This document shows, piece by piece, positions 36,441-45,236 of a stretch of 48,591 bases of DNA. The DNA lies in assembly GCA_938091905.1 (NCBI GenBank), contig CALKOM010000012.1, positions 1 to 48,591 of the forward strand, written 5' to 3'. This stretch comes from an uncultured Verrucomicrobiales bacterium. Lineage in GTDB: Bacteria; Verrucomicrobiota; Verrucomicrobiia; Verrucomicrobiales; DEV007. Made by a program: the position numbers and the translations under genes. The notes beneath the pieces were generated by a model. The model worked only from the letters and a program-made list of their open reading frames with translations. It was not told where the DNA came from and made no database searches. Positions within the stretch are counted from its first letter, which is position 1; every line of letters begins with the position of its first letter.

Positions 36441-36992
36441 CTAAGACTTCCGTTGGACGCCTGGTAGGCCATCCAAACTTTGGAGATTGTTCTCCTGATT
36501 GTAGGCTTCGACGCCTGCTTGGCCTTTGCGTTCAGACCATTTGGTGAGGATGTCTCGGTCCCCGACGAATTCGTATTCGGGGATCGAGTAGCCGCAGGAA
36601 TCAATAATCCGATCGACCTCGACGTGGATGATGGCACGCGCGCCTAGCAATTCGTCGAAGTGTTCAAGCTTTGCCTCATATTCTGGTGTGTCGCGCTCGA
36701 AGACTTGTCCTTTGCCATAGAGGCGCAGGATGTTCGGGCTGCCTTCGAAGGCACAGAACATGATGGTGATGCGGCCATTCTCTCGCAGATGGGAAATCGT
36801 TTCTATCCCACTGCCGGTGAGGTCCAAGTAAGCGATCGTCTTCGGACCGAGGAGCCGGAAGGTGTCCATGCCTTTTGGCGAGCAGTTGATGAGGCCGTCG
36901 CCTGACAAAGGTGCCGTGGCAACGAAGAATAGCTTCTGCTTCCCAACCCACTTACAGAGCCCTTCGTCAATGGTTTCGTATTCCTTGCTCAT
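36441..36992 (-). CDS. Pyridoxamine 5'-phosphate oxidase-like FMN-binding protein
   Basis: FFVATAP, NCSPKG, YLDLTGSGIETISH, MFCAFEG, SCGYSIP, SLDGLP. Start ATG 36992 overlaps the upstream stop (TAATG). Confidence 0.88.
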   Translation of the reverse strand: MSKEYETIDEGLCKWVGKQKLFFVATAPLSGDGLINCSPKGMDTFRLLGPKTIAYLDLTGSGIETISHLRENGRITIMFCAFEGSPNILRLYGKGQVFERDTPEYEAKLEHFDELLGARAIIHVEVDRIIDSCGYSIPEYEFVGDRDILTKWSERKGQAGVEAYNQENNLQSLDGLPGVQRKS

Positions 36993-39388
36993 TACTCGTC
37001 TTTGGCACCGGTGCGGTAAGCACGGATCTTTGACGGATTCTCCGAGTCGGCGTTGGCTTTCCAAGTATCGATGTTAGAAATGTCGCTGACTGGATTGAAA
37101 TCGCCGCGTTCGTCGAGAAAGACGATCATGTTGCGCATGTCAGGGCAGGGGACAAAGGCATGCGGGCCGTTGTTATTGAACAAGTCACACCCTTGAGCTT
37201 CCAAGGCTTTCTTGGCATCGTTCTCGGTGGCTTGGTCCGGCGCAATGATGACCTTTGGATAGTCATTGCCAGCGTTCACAATGGCGCGTTCGAGCATGAT
37301 CGGATTCATGACAGCAAGCTCGGCCAGATTTTTCAGTTCCCCCGGCTTTTCGCGGATGAATTTGCTGATGTCGAAGTCGGGGACGCGTAGACGCGTCATG
37401 TAACGCTGCACAGGCTTCTCGTAGAACAGCGAGTCGAGTGTCTCGTCCCGCTGAGAGGTGCGAAGGTGTTCCCAAAGCGTGTCTGCGTAGTCGAAGACTT
37501 GCTTGCTCTCTGACCCTTCCGTTTCCGTGCTGCGCGCGGCGTTGAAGCGCGTGGTGGCTTCATTGACTTCATTGGCAAACGAGCCGGTAGGATAGTGTTC
37601 GTGAATTTGGCGGGGGCTATCTCCTCGACTGAGCAGGTCATCCCGCTTTCGTGAAAGGCTAGGCCTCTGGAGGCGTGTGGTATCGACGGCTTCTGAGGCC
37701 TCTTCTGAAGCGAGTCTCGCTGCGGTGATCATGCCTCTGAGATGATGCAGCGTCGGTAGAGGCGTGGTCATGTAATCACCAGACTGCCCTTGCTCGATGT
37801 ACTTGCAGATGGCGAGCAAGCGGGGCTGTAGATGGTGCATCTTGAGCAGCTCTAACACAGAATGCAGACGTTCTATGATGACCTGGCGCTTTTCTCCTGG
37901 AATGTAGCGTGGGGTGCCATCCACGACCCATTTGGCGAGGCCACGCAGGCGTTTGTCCCACTTCTCAATCTGGAAGTTGTTCCAATAGTTGGCCGTCTGT
38001 TCGAGGTAGTCATGGGCGCGCTTCAGTTGAAGTTTGCCATAGGTGAGCGATTCTGAATCCTCGATGGCTTCTTTGATGAAGCTATCCAAGCGATCGATGA
38101 TGACCTTCTCGGCTTGGCTCACCTTGTTCTTTGCGAACTCGTAGAGTTCTTCCCGTTCTTCGCTGCGGAACAGTCGGTAGATGAACTCGCGTGGCGACTC
38201 GGTGATGTCTTTCTGAATCAACTGATTCACCTTCTCTTCCAGGTAGGCTTCGAGATCGCCCTTTGGTCCGGCATCGGTCATCTCGGCAAAGGCGGATAAC
38301 ACAACGGCGTCCATGTCCTTGGCGATAGGGCGCCGATTGGCCTCCGCTCCGATATCCCCTTTGATACGGTGACCATAACAGTTTGCCGAATCGTAGAGGC
38401 GCTGCAGATACTCCAACGAGAAGGTGGTGGCGACCGTTTCCTCGATCTCCAATGTCGGATACATCACGGTGGCGAGACTCACAAAGGAATGCTTTCCGAA
38501 ACGACCTTCTTTGTTGAAGTTCTGTGCATCGATGATCCTGGCAGAACGATATCCAGAAAAGCCTAGGCTTCCGGAGAAGAGAAAGACGGAGGCCAGCTTG
38601 ATCAAGTGATGGTAATCGACGGTTTGATTGCCTCCCCAGTCTGGTGAAATGAACGTCGTGAGTTCGTATGGGCCCATGCCCTTAGGGAAGCCTTCCGGGG
38701 GGCGTGAACTGATGGGCCACCGTCCATTGTAGGCGAAGTCGGGTTGGCTGTGATTGTTGAGATCACGCAGGCAGGCGTAGGCATTGGCCAACATCCGATC
38801 ATTCTTGTGAAAACTCGGCGGCAAGAGGAACAGGCCGTAGATGCGTGTCTGGCCGTCCTGGTTGGGATTGATGCAGAAGCGTGCCAGGTAGGCGACATCG
38901 ATGAACGTTCCCGATCCGGTGCCGCCAGCTAACGAACTCACCACATAGACGTGGACATCAGGAGCGTGGCCGAGGCGGGCGTGCGCTTGCCGGATGCGTT
39001 CCTCAAGTTGGGCCATGTGCATGTCCTTGCCCACGCTGCGCGGCATGCTCCAGAGTGCGAGGCGACCGAAGCAACGCATGCCACCGGCACCGACACCCTC
39101 GTGATTTAGTAGACCTGGATCAGGCACCCAGCTCGTGTCCGGCTTCAGCGGGGTCTGGTTCAAATACTCGACCGCCTTGGAGGGGGACTCGAGCGGGGTG
39201 TAGACCGCTTCGATGGAGTCTCCAGCCGGCGTGGGATGCCGCTCCACAGCGGTGTCCGTCTCCGTGAAGATCATTTCCACGTGATCCGGCTTATTCTGGC
39301 CAAAAGTCCCGTAGTAGAAGCGTTGAAGTTCCTCGAGGACGCGTAAGCCCGTCGTCCCGAGGCCGATAAAGATAGTAGGCGTGGCCAT
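36992..39388 (-). CDS. Large FtsZ/tubulin-like GTPase (Tubulin_2 / FtsZ-like family)
   Basis: PTIFIGLGTTG, ETDT, GAGGMRCFGRLAL, tubulin signature SLAGGTGSG, ANAYACLRDL, and a long helical C-terminal half. Confidence 0.88.
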   Translation of the reverse strand: MATPTIFIGLGTTGLRVLEELQRFYYGTFGQNKPDHVEMIFTETDTAVERHPTPAGDSIEAVYTPLESPSKAVEYLNQTPLKPDTSWVPDPGLLNHEGVGAGGMRCFGRLALWSMPRSVGKDMHMAQLEERIRQAHARLGHAPDVHVYVVSSLAGGTGSGTFIDVAYLARFCINPNQDGQTRIYGLFLLPPSFHKNDRMLANAYACLRDLNNHSQPDFAYNGRWPISSRPPEGFPKGMGPYELTTFISPDWGGNQTVDYHHLIKLASVFLFSGSLGFSGYRSARIIDAQNFNKEGRFGKHSFVSLATVMYPTLEIEETVATTFSLEYLQRLYDSANCYGHRIKGDIGAEANRRPIAKDMDAVVLSAFAEMTDAGPKGDLEAYLEEKVNQLIQKDITESPREFIYRLFRSEEREELYEFAKNKVSQAEKVIIDRLDSFIKEAIEDSESLTYGKLQLKRAHDYLEQTANYWNNFQIEKWDKRLRGLAKWVVDGTPRYIPGEKRQVIIERLHSVLELLKMHHLQPRLLAICKYIEQGQSGDYMTTPLPTLHHLRGMITAARLASEEASEAVDTTRLQRPSLSRKRDDLLSRGDSPRQIHEHYPTGSFANEVNEATTRFNAARSTETEGSESKQVFDYADTLWEHLRTSQRDETLDSLFYEKPVQRYMTRLRVPDFDISKFIREKPGELKNLAELAVMNPIMLERAIVNAGNDYPKVIIAPDQATENDAKKALEAQGCDLFNNNGPHAFVPCPDMRNMIVFLDERGDFNPVSDISNIDTWKANADSENPSKIRAYRTGAKDE

Positions 39389-39589
39389 GATGAAGGTAAG
39401 ACGAGATCTAGTCTCTCCATCGTCAGATGAAATGCCACTTCTTTCCTAAGCGGGAGGGCGTGCTGATGATCTTCTCTCGGTTCAGTGGTCTTGACTATTT
39501 GGGGCAAATTCTTGCTAAATGGGCTGCCCTCAAGACTGTGGGCACCCGTAGACCCACCAGCACAACCCCAACCCCGAAATCCAAAACTC

Positions 39590-42500
39590 ATGAACTTGAA
39601 ACTATTTAGAAGTGCCTCGCCAGCAAGGCGCGCACTCGTGGCTGCATCGATATTCCTTGTCGGTGGCAGTCTTTCACAGGCGCAACTAAGCGTTCTCTTC
39701 ATCGGAGGCCAAGGAGAACCGACTCAGGGAGCCGACATGTTTGTCTTTGATAAAATGGTCGAGCGCTTTGGAGAAGGAAACGTCTCCTATAAAGCCTCTG
39801 GGGATTCGACGACCGAAGACGCTGCTGATGTCGACGTCGTTGTCTTATCCTCGACGCCGGGCTCGGGTGACATCGTTTCCAAATTCCGTGATGTCCCGCA
39901 GGGCGTGCTCAACTGGGAGGAAGCTATTTCCCACGTGGATCGAGATGGTGGCTTCGCGTTTCATCAAGGTGGACGTGTAAAGAGTCAGCAAAGCATGGTG
40001 ACCATTACGGATACCGCAAACTACATCACCGCGCACTTGGCTGCCGGAGATATCGAGATGTTCTCTGAAGAGGTGGAGACCTGGGCAATGGACGGTGATC
40101 TTGCTGAAACAGTTCAAGTGTTAGCCACCGTGATTGACGACGGGCTTCCAATGGTGACCATCGCTGAAGAGGGCTCAGTCTTGCTTGGAGATATTGAAGC
40201 AGTCGGGCGCCGTGTGCAGCTTCCGATGACTGATGGCGGGTCAGAGTTTCTCACGGATGAAGGTTGGGAGCTTGTGATGCGGGCGATCGAATGGGCAGGC
40301 AAGGCGGACAAGCCACCTGGCCAGATTTTTGATTTCAATGAAGAGCCTGACCTTGAGATCATTTCGAACACCGATACGACCGAGTGGCGTGCGTCGGGTG
40401 GTGTCGATGATAGTGGTTATCTTTCCCTCACGGATGCGGTGGGTAGTGCTCAAGCGAGTATCATCTTCCCACCAGTGGAAGATCCTATTTCCGCGTTTAA
40501 GTTCTCGGTCGATGCCCGTATTGGTGGCGATCAAGAACGGCCAGCAGATGGATTCAGTATCAACATTGTTCGTGCAGAGGACCCCATCCTGGCAGAACCA
40601 CGCGGCAATGGGTATGCTATTTTTAATCAGTATCCCCAGTTGGGTGGGCTGCAGGAAGAGGGGTCACAGACAGGTCTAGGCATCGGGTTTGATACCTATG
40701 ACAACGGCAAGTTCACTTTCGAGCCGGAGAACGATGGTATTGGATTCAGCATTCGTGTGGACGGCGTGGTTGTCGAAGAGATTCCTGCTGCTACCGCTAA
40801 CGGTGAGCCTGATGATGAGACCTCCCTGCAGACGGGGCTTGTGGGAGTGGAAGATCCTCCTCTCGAGAATCTGACTTGGCAACGATTCGAGGTCGAACTG
40901 ACCACAGATAGGAAACTGAATATCACCTGGAAAGGTAAGAAAGTGCTAGAAGACTTCGCGGTGGAATGGTTCCCAAGTGAAAACATGCAGATCGTCCTTG
41001 GGGCTCGGACGGGCGGTTCCTGGGAAGCTCACCACTTTGACAACCTCAGTTTGGAGGTCGTCACGACGAACACGGCGCGGATCACGAGCGTCGATCGGAG
41101 CCGCGAGGGAGTTGTCTATACGATCAAAGACTCGGATGAAAGCCAGCTCCAGCTGGACTCTATCGGACTTACCATTGATGGGGCTACCGTCACACCCACT
41201 GTGGAGCAAACAGATGGTGTGACTACGATTAGCTTCATGCCTGAAGCGGCTTGGGACTTTGGTTCAGAGCACCCCTGGGTCTTGACGGCGAAAGATCAGA
41301 ACGATCTTGATGTGGGAGCTGAGGGATCGATTAAGATTGAGTCCCCACTCTTCCCTCCGGGCGTAGAACTGCCTGGTCCAGCGGGTGTTGCAGGTGCCTT
41401 CTCGTCCCGTTACATCTTCGAGGCAGGGACGATTGGAAGCATGGTAAGAGCCATTGAGATTGTGTTAGAATCAGAAGATGCAGCCTTCACGGGTGGGGTC
41501 ATTGACGTGGAACATGAGGTGATCGATCACGGCGCTGGCGGCTTCTTCACTAACGATTTCCCTTATCCGGAAGACTTTGAAGCTGCTGAGGATTTCATTC
41601 AGCTCAACAAAGGCAACATTCTCATCACTGAAGCGGGCGATTACACGTTCGGCGTGCAATCTGACGACGGCTTTGGTGTCCGCATTCACGGCATGACCTT
41701 TGATGAGGCGAGTGGCGCGGGTCAGATTGACACGCTTATCCCGGACGCCTTCTTCTTCCGCGGCACCACGGGGAATAGCCAAACGCGCGCCATTGCGCGC
41801 AATGTTCAGCCGGGCGTCTATCCGCTAGAGTTCCTCTGGTTTGAGCGTGGTGGTGGGGATTACGGTGAGATCTTCGCCGCGCAGGGAGCCTTCCCGCTCG
41901 TCGAAGATACCGATACCTGGGAGCTGATTGGCGAAGGCCTTACTCTTGTTGGTGGTGTCGTTGACGCTCCTGTAATCAAAGGGTTCTCGATTGGTGAGAA
42001 TGTCGTTCTCGACTTCACCACACCGAGCCCAGAATCACTCCACTACTTGCAAATGAGCACCACGCTCAAATCTGCCGAGTGGGCAATCATCGAAGATGCC
42101 GCCCTGACAAACGTCGAGGAACTCTACACGCTAACTGCGACTCGTCCGGCTACGGACGATACGTTCTTCCGAGTTGCAATTCTACCGCCACCACCGCTCT
42201 TCGTAGAAGACTTCGAAGGTGGAGCTGAGGGCTGGGTGGCAGTAGCGCCTTGGGAATTGGGCACCCCTGCTGTGGATGACCTGATGGCTGCTCATGGTGG
42301 AGAGAATACCTTTGGAACAGACCTCGATGGCTTGGTCGAAGGTGGTGTGAGTGCCTCTTTGAGATCTCCTGTCATTGATCTCGCTGGGGTTGGGCGTCCT
42401 AGACTCTCGTTCTGGTACTACAATGACTCCACGGAAGATTCCGAAGGTGTCCAGCTGAAGATTCTCAACGAAGCGGGTGATCAGGCCATCTACACCCACG

Positions 42501-42655
42501 ACCAGATCTTCTGGGGTAAGACGGATGATTGGACTGAATTCCGTCTCACCGTGCCAGTGGAAGCGCGTGAGCAGAAAGTCATGATCGAATGGCTTCTCCT
42601 CACCGCAGATGGTGGTGAGTCTGGCTTCTATCTGGACGATGTCGAAATCGACTAA
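39590..42655 (+). CDS. Large acidic secreted multidomain glycan-binding/adhesin-like protein (L-type lectin-like, Ig-like, PA14, MAM-like)
   Basis: Signal peptide from ATG 39590. Lectin-like PADGFS..GFDTYDN, PA14 GDYTFGVQSDDGF..WFERGGG, and C-terminal EDFEGG..GW..SLRSPVIDL..GFYLDDV. Confidence 0.8.
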   Translation: MNLKLFRSASPARRALVAASIFLVGGSLSQAQLSVLFIGGQGEPTQGADMFVFDKMVERFGEGNVSYKASGDSTTEDAADVDVVVLSSTPGSGDIVSKFRDVPQGVLNWEEAISHVDRDGGFAFHQGGRVKSQQSMVTITDTANYITAHLAAGDIEMFSEEVETWAMDGDLAETVQVLATVIDDGLPMVTIAEEGSVLLGDIEAVGRRVQLPMTDGGSEFLTDEGWELVMRAIEWAGKADKPPGQIFDFNEEPDLEIISNTDTTEWRASGGVDDSGYLSLTDAVGSAQASIIFPPVEDPISAFKFSVDARIGGDQERPADGFSINIVRAEDPILAEPRGNGYAIFNQYPQLGGLQEEGSQTGLGIGFDTYDNGKFTFEPENDGIGFSIRVDGVVVEEIPAATANGEPDDETSLQTGLVGVEDPPLENLTWQRFEVELTTDRKLNITWKGKKVLEDFAVEWFPSENMQIVLGARTGGSWEAHHFDNLSLEVVTTNTARITSVDRSREGVVYTIKDSDESQLQLDSIGLTIDGATVTPTVEQTDGVTTISFMPEAAWDFGSEHPWVLTAKDQNDLDVGAEGSIKIESPLFPPGVELPGPAGVAGAFSSRYIFEAGTIGSMVRAIEIVLESEDAAFTGGVIDVEHEVIDHGAGGFFTNDFPYPEDFEAAEDFIQLNKGNILITEAGDYTFGVQSDDGFGVRIHGMTFDEASGAGQIDTLIPDAFFFRGTTGNSQTRAIARNVQPGVYPLEFLWFERGGGDYGEIFAAQGAFPLVEDTDTWELIGEGLTLVGGVVDAPVIKGFSIGENVVLDFTTPSPESLHYLQMSTTLKSAEWAIIEDAALTNVEELYTLTATRPATDDTFFRVAILPPPPLFVEDFEGGAEGWVAVAPWELGTPAVDDLMAAHGGENTFGTDLDGLVEGGVSASLRSPVIDLAGVGRPRLSFWYYNDSTEDSEGVQLKILNEAGDQAIYTHDQIFWGKTDDWTEFRLTVPVEAREQKVMIEWLLLTADGGESGFYLDDVEID

Positions 42656-42688
42656 CGTCCTTTCGCTAGAACGAATTGATTAATCGAG

Positions 42689-42720
42689 AAGCCCATGTGC
42701 GAAAGCGCATGGGCTTTCTT
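42689..42720. terminator. Hairpin terminator between convergent genes (possibly bidirectional)
   Basis: AAGCCCATGTGC-gaaa-GCGCATGGGCTT followed by TCTT, with a GNRA loop. Confidence 0.75.
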
Positions 42721-42724
42721 GTGT

Positions 42725-43693
42725 CTACTCCTCGCCTCGGCCCTTGCGATAGGCGTTGATGATTTGCTGCACGACTGGATGACGAATGACGTCTCGATCG
42801 GTAAAGAAGTGGAAGGCGATCGTGTCCAACGGCTTGAGATTCTCGATAGCCTCGCGCAGACCAGAGCGGACGTTGGGTTTGAGATCGATCTGGGAAATGT
42901 CGCCTGTGATGAGGCATTTTGAATCAGCGCCCATCCGGGTGAGAAACATGAACATCTGCTCGCACGTGGTGTTCTGCGCTTCGTCGAGGATGACACACGC
43001 TTTGTTCAACGTGCGGCCACGCATGTAGGCAAGTGGCGCGATCTCAATGACGCCCTTCTCAATGAGTCGCTCAACTTCGTCCTGACGCAGCATGTCATAA
43101 AGCGCGTCATAGAGTGGTCTCAAGTAAGGAAAGATCTTCTCCTTCAAGTCACCGGGGAGAAAGCCTAGCGCTTCGCCTGCTTCGACGGCTGGTCTCGTGA
43201 GGATCACGCGTTCTACGTGCCCTTCCTTGAGCATGGAGAGTGCTTTCGCCATGGCCAAGTAGGTCTTGCCCGTTCCTGCGGGGCCCACACCGAAGACCAC
43301 GTCGTGCGTGTCCATCTGTTTCAAATACTCAAGCTGTCCCGCGGTCTTGGGCACCACGGGTGGTTTACCTGACGAAATGACCAATCGGGCTTCATGGACC
43401 GCTTGGACTCCAGGTTTGGACGCTTTCGCGGCGACGCCTTCGATTGCAAATGTGAAGAGCTCCTTCGTGATCGGCGTGCCGCCACGTTGGCTGTTTTCAA
43501 GTTGACTCATCACCTCACCGGCGTCCTTCACGGACTCTGCAGGACCGTCGAACTTGACCCATCCATCGCGCGTGGCGGCAGAGACGCCGAGGCGTTCTTC
43601 GAGGATCTTCAAGTTCGCCAAGTCATCTGCAAAGAGGCCGTGCAGAAAGTGAGCGGTTTCAAACTCTAATGTTTGGCTAGCTGGCATCGCCAT
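42725..43693 (-). CDS. phoH: PhoH-family ATPase
   Basis: GPAGTGKTYLA, RPAVEAGEALGFLPGDL, YMRGRTL, DEAQN, GDISQIDL, RHPVV. Confidence 0.95.
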   Translation of the reverse strand: MAMPASQTLEFETAHFLHGLFADDLANLKILEERLGVSAATRDGWVKFDGPAESVKDAGEVMSQLENSQRGGTPITKELFTFAIEGVAAKASKPGVQAVHEARLVISSGKPPVVPKTAGQLEYLKQMDTHDVVFGVGPAGTGKTYLAMAKALSMLKEGHVERVILTRPAVEAGEALGFLPGDLKEKIFPYLRPLYDALYDMLRQDEVERLIEKGVIEIAPLAYMRGRTLNKACVILDEAQNTTCEQMFMFLTRMGADSKCLITGDISQIDLKPNVRSGLREAIENLKPLDTIAFHFFTDRDVIRHPVVQQIINAYRKGRGEE

Positions 43694-43753
43694 AAAGTGA
43701 AGGGGCGTGATTTACCATACTGAGCCGATTGTGCAACTGATTCTGTGAGGCAA

Positions 43754-45217
43754 TCAACTGAGGATGTCTTTCACAATGTGCCCATGCACATCCGTCAGGC
43801 GGAACCGGCGACCTTGGTAGCGGAAGGTGAGGCGTTTGTGGTCGATGCCTAACAAGTGCAAGATTGTGGCGTGGAAATCGTGCACATGAACCCCGTTCTC
43901 GACGACATTGTAACCAAAGTCATCCGTCTTCCCATACTCGGTGCCGCCTTTGATGCCGCCTCCTGCCATCCACATGGAGTAACACTTCGGGTGGTGATCA
44001 CGTCCAAAGTCTTTGGCAGATAGCTTGCCCTGACAATAGTTTGTCCGGCCAAACTCACCACCCCAGATGACGAGAGTGTCTTCTAGCATGCCCCGGTTCT
44101 TCAGGTCCATGACGAGGGCGGCAGAGGCCTGATCTGTTTCCTTACATTGATTGGTAATACCGCCGCGGAGCCCGCCGTGCTGATCCCAACCTGGATGATA
44201 GAGTTGAATGAACCGGACGCCACGTTCGGCCAGGCGCCGGGCGACTAGGCAATTGGCGGCAAAGCTGCCTGGCTTCTTCACATCGTCGCCGTAGCTGGCC
44301 ATGACGGATTCGGATTCGCCAGAGAAGTCCATCACGTTTGGAATAGATTCCTGCATGCGATAGGCCAGTTCATACTGCGCGATGCGCGCTTCGATCTCGG
44401 CATCAGCTTCCTCCTCGTATTGAATTGCGTGCAGCTCGTTGAGTCGGTCTAGCATCTTTCTGCGAGAATCGCGATCGATGCCTTTAGGATTGTTGAGATA
44501 GAGCACGGGATCTTTGCCAGAGCGGAAACGCACCCCTTGATAACGCGAGGGAAGGAAACCGTTTCCCCAGTATCGTCCGACGAGAGGCTGGCCACCTTTG
44601 TCTTTCGTCGTGAGGACGACGTAGGAAGGGAGATTATCATTCTCGATCCCGAGCCCATAGGAAAGCCACGCACCCATGGCAGGACGTCCGGGAAATTGCG
44701 AACCCGTCTGCATCATGGTGACCCCTGGTCCGTGATTGATCGCTTCGGTGTACATCGAAGTGATCTTGCACATGTCGTCGGCAAGCTTGGCCGTGTGTGG
44801 GAGAACATCACTGAACGTGAGGCCGCTTTCACCGTGACGTTGGAAAGAGAAGGGCGAGCCGGCGAGTGGCAGGCTTGCTTGGTTCCCTGACATGCCGGTC
44901 AAGCGCTGGCCCTTTCGGACGGAGTCTGGCAGTTCTTCGCCGTGGCGTTCATTCAGCAAGGGCTTGGGATCAAACAGATCCATCTGCGAGGGGCCGCCAC
45001 TCATGAAGAGATAGATGACGCGCTTGGCCTTCGCTGCCGCGTGGGGCGCGCCGAGGACTCCTTGATCCAGGCTGCTAGCATTGGCGGCATAACCATCGCG
45101 CGCTAACAGATCGGCCAGGGCAACGCCTCCCAAACCCATGCCAAACTGGTTTAGGAAATGTCGGCGACTCAACCCGCGAGGGTCAGTGTATCCAGTGCAA
45201 CGTGGAGTGGTGATCAT
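43754..45217 (-). CDS. DUF1501 domain protein
   Basis: SRRHFL, GGPSQMDLFDPKP, WDQH, GGEFGRT, GRDHHP, RLTDVHG. Confidence 0.93.
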   Translation of the reverse strand: MITTPRCTGYTDPRGLSRRHFLNQFGMGLGGVALADLLARDGYAANASSLDQGVLGAPHAAAKAKRVIYLFMSGGPSQMDLFDPKPLLNERHGEELPDSVRKGQRLTGMSGNQASLPLAGSPFSFQRHGESGLTFSDVLPHTAKLADDMCKITSMYTEAINHGPGVTMMQTGSQFPGRPAMGAWLSYGLGIENDNLPSYVVLTTKDKGGQPLVGRYWGNGFLPSRYQGVRFRSGKDPVLYLNNPKGIDRDSRRKMLDRLNELHAIQYEEEADAEIEARIAQYELAYRMQESIPNVMDFSGESESVMASYGDDVKKPGSFAANCLVARRLAERGVRFIQLYHPGWDQHGGLRGGITNQCKETDQASAALVMDLKNRGMLEDTLVIWGGEFGRTNYCQGKLSAKDFGRDHHPKCYSMWMAGGGIKGGTEYGKTDDFGYNVVENGVHVHDFHATILHLLGIDHKRLTFRYQGRRFRLTDVHGHIVKDILS

Positions 45218-45236
45218 CTTTGTCTTGGTGAGTGGG

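Noticed and set aside
36992..39388. Cell-division FtsZ or BtubA/B
   Set aside because: The protein is far too long, is not in a dcw or btub operon, and its motif spacing (GAGG..FGRLAL, ANAYA.L.DL) fits the Tubulin_2 family.
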